31,516 nt of DNA from a virus (Duplodnaviria > Caudoviricetes), in the IMG/VR virus record IMGVR_UViG_3300020045_009069, positions 1 through 31,516 of that record; one strand, written 5' to 3'. The number at the start of each line of letters is the position of its first letter. Within the stretch, counting starts at the first letter, position 1. The translations under genes were made by a program, and so were the position numbers. Positions 26,429 to 31,516 of the stretch are shown here, piece by piece. Under the pieces are notes generated by a model. That model saw only the letters and a list, made by a program, of their open reading frames with translations. It did not search any database and was not told the DNA's origin.

Positions 26429-28597
26429 ATGAGTAAAGGAGATACTAGTTTAAAAGTATACAGATACTATCTTTCCCAACATCATGTACTTTGTCTAGGT
26501 CCTATAGATTCTGTAAAAAAAATCTTTTTTGATAAAAAAGAAGTATTTTCTGGAACTCATACTGGGGGAGCATTAACAATAGATAAAGAAGAACTATTTG
26601 GAGGACTAGATAGAGAAGGAGGAGTGTCAGGAATTCTTAACTTTATGTTAGGAACAGCCACACAAGTAGCAAATACTTTTATGACAGCCAAATTTGGAGT
26701 TTCCCCTGCATATAGACGTTTAGTTTCTTGTGTACATGAAGATTTTTATGTAGGCTTAAATTACTATCTCAAACCTCCTACGTATCTGCTGAAAAGAGTA
26801 ACTGCAACCAGCACAGGTACAACAGTATGGCAACCTGCTTATGCAGAACCCATATCTGGACAAATGAATGCAGTACATATTATAAGAGATATGTTAACAG
26901 ATAATATCTACGGTCTTGGAATAAATACAAGTTTAATTGGAAGCAGTTTTGATACCGCCGCACAAACAACTTATAATGAAGGTTACGGTTTTTCTTTTCT
27001 TTTTAGAAACACAGAATCCCTGGATACCTATATTAAAGATGTTTTAGATCATATTGATGCGGTTCTTTATGTTGACAGAATAACAAATAAATTTGAAGTA
27101 AAACTTATACGAAATGATTACACGATAGGAAGTTTATTTAATCTTACTACCAGCAATGTCAAAGAAATTAGTAGCTTTAAAAGAACTTTATTAGGGGAAC
27201 TCTTTTCAAAAGTTACTATAAAATTTTGGAATGAAGCTACCTTAGAAGATGCAGTGGAATCTTCGGAAGATATTACTCTTGCAAGTAAGCAAAACGGAAC
27301 GATAGAGAAAGTGTTAACCCGTTCAGGAGTAACCTCCCATAGTTTAGCCAAGAAAATTTCAATAAATGAACTTGCAAAACTAAGTACACAAGTTTTTTCA
27401 GGTACTTTAGTTTGTGATAGAACAGCAGAAAACTTAAATATAGGAAGCGCTTTTGTTTTAAAAGCTGCTGCAAATAAATATCTCGATTATGATATAGTTT
27501 GCAGAGTGTCTACAATTGATCTGGGCACTATAACAAATAACTATATCACAATAACTTTTGTTCAAGATATTTTTTCCGCACAAGAAAATCCAATTTTTAC
27601 TACTCCTTCTAGTGATTGGGTTCCTGTAATATCTAGTGCAATAGCAGTGACAGATAGACTGATTCAAGAAGTGACTTATTATCAATTTGCAAGAATAAAA
27701 GGGGATGTAGAAGCTAGAGGAGTAGACACAACTGTTTCTTATGTAGGTTTGGCTGGAAAAGCTCCTTCGGGAGATAGTATATCTGCACAAATATGGATTA
27801 ACTCCTTAGAAAAAGGAATATTACATTTTTGTCCTTTTGCTCAAATAGCCACGGCTTTCGATAAAACAGCTACAAGCATTACCTTGAAAAATATGTATAA
27901 TTTTAGTCAGGTCATTCTTGGGCAAACTTTACAGATAGGGAATGAAATAGTCTCTATAACAGCTATTGCTGGAACCACTGCCACTATTGTACGTGGATGT
28001 GTAGATACTGTTCCAGAAAGTCATGCAGTAGATGAAAAATGTTTTGCTTATCAGCAACTATTTGGGTATTCTTCTACTCAATATTTATTAGCAGAAGCTC
28101 CCTCAATTCGTCTTTTAACGACTACTCCTTTAAACACTTTAGCTTTTGCTTCTGCTCCTGCGGATATACTTACTATAACTGGAAGAATGCACAAGCCTTA
28201 TCCACCAGGGAATCTCTTAATTAATGGAACTAGTTGGCCTTCTAACGTAACACCTTCTGCTGATGCTTTCACTATAACTTGGGCAACTAGAAACAGATTC
28301 CAGCAAACTGTAAGTTTGATTGGGTTTTATACAGGGAACATAACAACAGAAGTAGGAGTAACTTATAGCGGGAACCTTAAAAGAACGGATAACTCAACAA
28401 TTTTATCTAGTTTTTCTGGAAATGCCACAACTACACAATCAATAGCTACAACTGGATATACAGGGCAAGTAACTTTGTCTGTTTGGTCTGTAAATGCTAA
28501 TGGTTCTTCTTTTCAAACTATAACACATACCTTCTTTCTGGGTTCTGGCTGGAATAATTTAGCTAGTACATGGAATCTTTGGACTTCTTGGAGTTAA
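26429..28597 (+). CDS. Central tail tip protein (Phage-tail_3-like)
   Basis: YRYYLSQHHVLCLGPID, ELFGG..EGGVSG, PAYR, MNAVHIIRD, KLIRNDY, RGCVDTVPESH, KPYPPGNL motifs; 722 aa. Confidence 0.85.
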   Translation: MSKGDTSLKVYRYYLSQHHVLCLGPIDSVKKIFFDKKEVFSGTHTGGALTIDKEELFGGLDREGGVSGILNFMLGTATQVANTFMTAKFGVSPAYRRLVSCVHEDFYVGLNYYLKPPTYLLKRVTATSTGTTVWQPAYAEPISGQMNAVHIIRDMLTDNIYGLGINTSLIGSSFDTAAQTTYNEGYGFSFLFRNTESLDTYIKDVLDHIDAVLYVDRITNKFEVKLIRNDYTIGSLFNLTTSNVKEISSFKRTLLGELFSKVTIKFWNEATLEDAVESSEDITLASKQNGTIEKVLTRSGVTSHSLAKKISINELAKLSTQVFSGTLVCDRTAENLNIGSAFVLKAAANKYLDYDIVCRVSTIDLGTITNNYITITFVQDIFSAQENPIFTTPSSDWVPVISSAIAVTDRLIQEVTYYQFARIKGDVEARGVDTTVSYVGLAGKAPSGDSISAQIWINSLEKGILHFCPFAQIATAFDKTATSITLKNMYNFSQVILGQTLQIGNEIVSITAIAGTTATIVRGCVDTVPESHAVDEKCFAYQQLFGYSSTQYLLAEAPSIRLLTTTPLNTLAFASAPADILTITGRMHKPYPPGNLLINGTSWPSNVTPSADAFTITWATRNRFQQTVSLIGFYTGNITTEVGVTYSGNLKRTDNSTILSSFSGNATTTQSIATTGYTGQVTLSVWSVNANGSSFQTITHTFFLGSGWNNLASTWNLWTSWS

Positions 28598-28601
28598 TAT
28601 T

Positions 28602-29471
28602 ATGACTTGGCCTATAACAGACGCAATAACAACTAATATGGATGCAGGAACAGATAGCCCTTCTGCTGCAAGAGCAGACATACTACAAGCAACACAAAAT
28701 TGCAATAGTATAAAAAATCATGTAACTTCTTTTATGCAAACTGTCTTAGATGATGTGGACGCAGCTACAGCAAGAACTACTTTAGTCGCAGAAGGAACAG
28801 CAAACAAGGACGAAACCGGAGGATATGCAGGACTTACACTTCTTAAAATCAACTTTAAAAATGTTGCAAATACCTTTACAAGTTTCTTTACAAACACAAA
28901 TACACTAGCAAGAACTTATACATTTCAGGATAAGGATGGAACTATAGCTGATATTGCCGATGTTGCACTAAAACAAAGTCTTTCAGAAAAGGACGCAACC
29001 GGAGGATATGCAGGACTGACGTTATTTAAGATAAATTTCAAAAATGCAGCTAATACGGTTACAAATTTTTTCACAAACACTACTACTACCCCAAGAACTT
29101 ACACCTTTCCAGATAAAGACCTAACTGTTGCAGGTCTTATAGACATAACCGGAGGTACCTCTACTGGAAGTTTTACTACTTTAACTGCTTCTGGGGATAT
29201 TGCTGCAAGTAAAACAATAACCGCTGGAGGAACTACAGGGGCACAAACCATAAACAAAACTATTGGAAGCGTTAATTTTTCGGCTGCTGCAACAAGTCTA
29301 GTAGTTACAAACAGTTTAGCGGGAGTTAATAGTGTTATTTTATGTACTGTAGCAACAGATGACGCTACAATGAAAACAGTTTCAGTGACTCAGGCAGCAG
29401 GAAGTTTCACTATTACTGCAAATATGGCTGCAACTGCTGAAACTCGTGTTAACTTCTTAGTTTTAAATTAA
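28602..29471 (+). CDS. Tail fibre protein with internal duplication
   Basis: Follows the tail tip; T/A-rich; VLDDVDAATARTTL fibre motif and RTYTF.DKD repeats. Confidence 0.8.
   Translation: MTWPITDAITTNMDAGTDSPSAARADILQATQNCNSIKNHVTSFMQTVLDDVDAATARTTLVAEGTANKDETGGYAGLTLLKINFKNVANTFTSFFTNTNTLARTYTFQDKDGTIADIADVALKQSLSEKDATGGYAGLTLFKINFKNAANTVTNFFTNTTTTPRTYTFPDKDLTVAGLIDITGGTSTGSFTTLTASGDIAASKTITAGGTTGAQTINKTIGSVNFSAAATSLVVTNSLAGVNSVILCTVATDDATMKTVSVTQAAGSFTITANMAATAETRVNFLVLN
28806..29132 (+). repeat. Two 144-bp direct repeats in tail fibre (28806-28949, 28989-29132)
   Basis: KDETGGYAGLTLLKINFKNVANTFTSFFTNTNTLARTYTFQDKDGTIA versus KDATGGYAGLTLFKINFKNAANTVTNFFTNTTTTPRTYTFPDKDLTVA. Confidence 0.9.
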
Positions 29472-29486
29472 AGCATAACGGAGAAA

Positions 29487-29827
29487 ATGATGTCAAAAAT
29501 TATATTTATATGTTTCTTTTTTCTTTTTATCTGTATTACTTTATCCCTTTATACTGATTCAGTTAGTTACGGAAGTTGCAGAAAACAATCCGTGGCTATT
29601 AAGTATCAGAAAGAGCAAGAATTTCCTAAAGGAAGAAAAGGATACATTATAGGTCATGTTTGTGCCTAGCATGTGGAGGATTAGATATAACTTCCAACAT
29701 GCAGTACCAAACTTATGAAAAAAGTAAGAAAAAAGATAAATGGGAAAGAACTTTGAAAGGATGTAAACTTACATGCAATGAATTTAATTCTTTCCAAGAA
29801 AGGACAGTCTTTAACTGTAAAAGATAA
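29487..29827 (+). pseudogene. HNH endonuclease-family gene with N-terminal signal/TM segment, split by a 1-nt frameshift near 29666
   Basis: Frame 0 ends GYIIGHVCA*. The -1 frame continues LACGGLDITSNMQYQTYEKSKKKDKWER...CKR*, completing the GYxxDHxxxLxCGGxDxxxNMQ HNH signature; 113 aa when joined. Confidence 0.8.
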
Positions 29828-29861
29828 TTTTTTTTAATTTTAATCTTTTTAGGAGAACAAA

Positions 29862-30137
29862 ATGCCATCTTTAAATATTTTTTGGGCTTTAATAGAAGTT
29901 CTTTACAAAGGAAAAGAACTTAAAAATAAAGAAACTTGGAAAAATGCCGGAGCACTTACAGGAATAGTTGCAGCAATGTTACAGGTAATACAAATTGCTT
30001 TTCCTGATTTAGAAATAAATGGGGTAGATAAAAGTCAAATCATAAATGGCATCACCAGTATTGTCCTTGTAGTTGGGAGTTATACTCACATAGCTACAAG
30101 CAAAACTACAGGTTTTAACTTAAAGAATAAGTCATAA
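29862..30137 (+). CDS. Holin-like two-TM membrane protein
   Basis: AGGAG RBS; KGKEL.N.ETWKN followed by two hydrophobic segments and a basic C-terminal tail. Confidence 0.55.
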   Translation: MPSLNIFWALIEVLYKGKELKNKETWKNAGALTGIVAAMLQVIQIAFPDLEINGVDKSQIINGITSIVLVVGSYTHIATSKTTGFNLKNKS

Positions 30138-30165
30138 ATTATCAAAATCTTATAAGGAGTCCATA

Positions 30166-30330
30166 ATGAGTAATTTTAAACATTTAAAATATTTTCCTTG
30201 GTTCTATAGTATATATGATTCTAGTAGAACTAACGTCCTAACAGGAAAAGTACAAATTGCAACTAAAATGAATGTAATAAATAGGAAGGGAAATACAGAA
30301 ACCTTTATACTTTGGAAAGATATTTTTTAA
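30166..30330 (+). CDS. Small hypothetical protein, 54 aa (MSNFKHLKYFPWFYSIYD...)
   Basis: Not in the ORF track. TAAGGAG RBS at 30153-30159 lies 6 nt before the ATG. Confidence 0.65.
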   Translation: MSNFKHLKYFPWFYSIYDSSRTNVLTGKVQIATKMNVINRKGNTETFILWKDIF

Positions 30331-30415
30331 AGTATTAATTTATTTAGGAGAAAGTGGATTGTTATGGAAAACATATAAGGATATTTTTTTATTAACTACC
30401 AATAAGGCATCAAAA

Positions 30416-31420
30416 ATGACAAATATATGCAAAATATTTTTAATTTTTAGTTTAAGTTTTTCTTTGAAAGTTTTCTCAGTACCTCTAGACCCTAATTCTG
30501 CTCCTCCAGATAGATTAGGCAGCACAAACCTAGATGTAATTAACACCTCAACATTACCTCCAGCTAGTAGCACAGATTGGAAAATTAGGCCAAAGTGTTT
30601 GTTCGTTAAATCAGGTTATTTTGACCCAATTGTTTTTCCTGGAATACCTGCACCGTCTAGTCATCACCATACTTTTGTTGGCAATGACTCTATCAACCCA
30701 AACTCAACCAGCGAGTCGTTACGCACGTCCGGTGGTAGTACATGTATGGGAGGTATTGCAAACAGGTCGTCTTATTGGTGGCCTACTCTTTACGATACAT
30801 CAACAGGACAAGTCAAAACACCAAAACAAACTCTTCTATACTATAATACAAGAGTCGTTTCAGAAGTTGCCGATACGCTTGTTGTTGTCCCTCAAGGATT
30901 AAAAATGATTGCAGGGGATTCTTCAAATACAAGTGTCGAAACCGCGAGCAATTATCATTTTAGTTGTGGCTCTGTAACAGCCAATGGCGGCAAAACTATA
31001 CCGCCTAACTGTTCAGCCACACAGGATTTAAGGTTTACTCTAAGTTTCCCGATGTGTTGGGATGGCGTAAATTTGGATTCTCCTGATCATAAATCACACA
31101 TGTCTTATGAGGTAGGCACTACTGGCAATAGATGTCCAGCAACCCATCCAGAAAGAATTCCAAACATAACTTTTATTGTTGACTTTAACTTAGATGTAAA
31201 CAACGAGACAACAAATTGGAGATTGTCATCTGATACTTACGATTCATCACTTCCTCCAGGATTATCAATGCACGGTGATGTCATGTCGGCATGGGATGAT
31301 GTATGGCTGCAACAAATTGTTGACAATTGTCTGAAAGGTCACAAAGATTGCGGAAGTGCTTTGCTTGGAAAAAATGCAAGCGGTCAAGCGAAAAAATTTA
31401 ATAATATACAATTACCCTAA
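30416..31420 (+). CDS. Secreted DUF1996-domain protein
   Basis: DPIVFPG..SHHHTFVGN, STC..NRSSYWWPTL, PQGLKMIAGD, FPMCWDGVNLDSPDHKSHMSY, CPATHP, MHGD..WD. Signal peptide from ATG 30416; alternative TTG 30359 has an AGGAG upstream. Confidence 0.9.
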   Translation: MTNICKIFLIFSLSFSLKVFSVPLDPNSAPPDRLGSTNLDVINTSTLPPASSTDWKIRPKCLFVKSGYFDPIVFPGIPAPSSHHHTFVGNDSINPNSTSESLRTSGGSTCMGGIANRSSYWWPTLYDTSTGQVKTPKQTLLYYNTRVVSEVADTLVVVPQGLKMIAGDSSNTSVETASNYHFSCGSVTANGGKTIPPNCSATQDLRFTLSFPMCWDGVNLDSPDHKSHMSYEVGTTGNRCPATHPERIPNITFIVDFNLDVNNETTNWRLSSDTYDSSLPPGLSMHGDVMSAWDDVWLQQIVDNCLKGHKDCGSALLGKNASGQAKKFNNIQLP

Positions 31421-31465
31421 CTTTTAACTTCAAGATTGTAATATAAGTTTATATTAAGTTCCCTC

Positions 31466-31504
31466 AAAGACCTGTATGTTCTATTTTATTCAGGTCTTTT
31501 TTTT
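31466..31504 (+). terminator. Intrinsic terminator ending the rightward operon
   Basis: AAAGACCTG...CAGGTCTTT stem running into a T8 tract. Confidence 0.85.
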
Positions 31505-31516
31505 CTCTTCCTTTTT

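Larger units (their letters stand above)
1..31516. mobile_element. Tailed bacteriophage or prophage segment (siphovirus-like): lysis, packaging, head and tail modules
   Basis: Terminase, portal, capsid, tail chaperone frameshift, tape measure and tail-tip genes in canonical order. No sheath gene, host housekeeping gene or integrase in the window. Confidence 0.97.

Noticed and set aside
28806-29132. Fibre direct repeats as a diversity-generating retroelement TR/VR pair
   Set aside because: Differences are largely synonymous third-position changes involving all bases, not adenine-specific. Both copies are in frame in one gene, and there is no reverse transcriptase in the window.
29661-29672. 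TAG readthrough or alternative genetic code in the HNH gene
   Set aside because: The HNH motif continues in the -1 frame rather than in frame. All long genes are intact under code 11, and TAG ends 22375-23532 normally.
6407-30902. Short antisense or alternate-frame ORFs inside terminase, protease, capsid, tail, tape measure and DUF1996 genes
   Set aside because: Each overlaps a well-supported gene over all or nearly all of its length and shows no recognisable motif.
1-31516. CRISPR array, tRNA/rRNA genes, integrase/att sites, introns or inteins
   Set aside because: No regularly spaced repeats or cloverleaf seen by eye, spacers are short, and terminase, portal and capsid lengths leave no room for inteins. 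A covariance search was not possible.

Overview
AT-rich (roughly 30-35% GC by eye) tailed-phage DNA, siphovirus-like, covering almost the whole morphogenesis region. It may be a free phage or a prophage; no integrase or host genes are visible. The rightward operon from about 4980 carries a lambda-type packaging and head module: Nu1-like TerS, GpA TerL, gpW, lambda-family portal, prohead protease with a probable nested scaffold, gpD-like decoration protein and gpE-like capsid. Neck and tail genes follow, including a tail tube, a tail chaperone with a clear -1 frameshift (A AAA AAC), a tape measure with an SLT domain, a D3112/B3-style tail tip and a fibre. The right end holds a frameshifted signal-peptide HNH gene, a holin-like gene and a higher-GC secreted DUF1996 gene. 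A divergent leftward operon encodes four fibre/spike-like proteins (three share a related C-terminal beta domain), a holin-like protein and a GH19 endolysin. It converges on a J-domain gene followed by ATGA-coupled small hydrophobic ORFs. The most unusual points are the phage-borne DUF1996, extra beta domains inserted into several virion surface proteins, an HK97-type protease in a lambda-type head, and several envelope-targeted small genes. All family assignments come from recalled motifs, not database searches.
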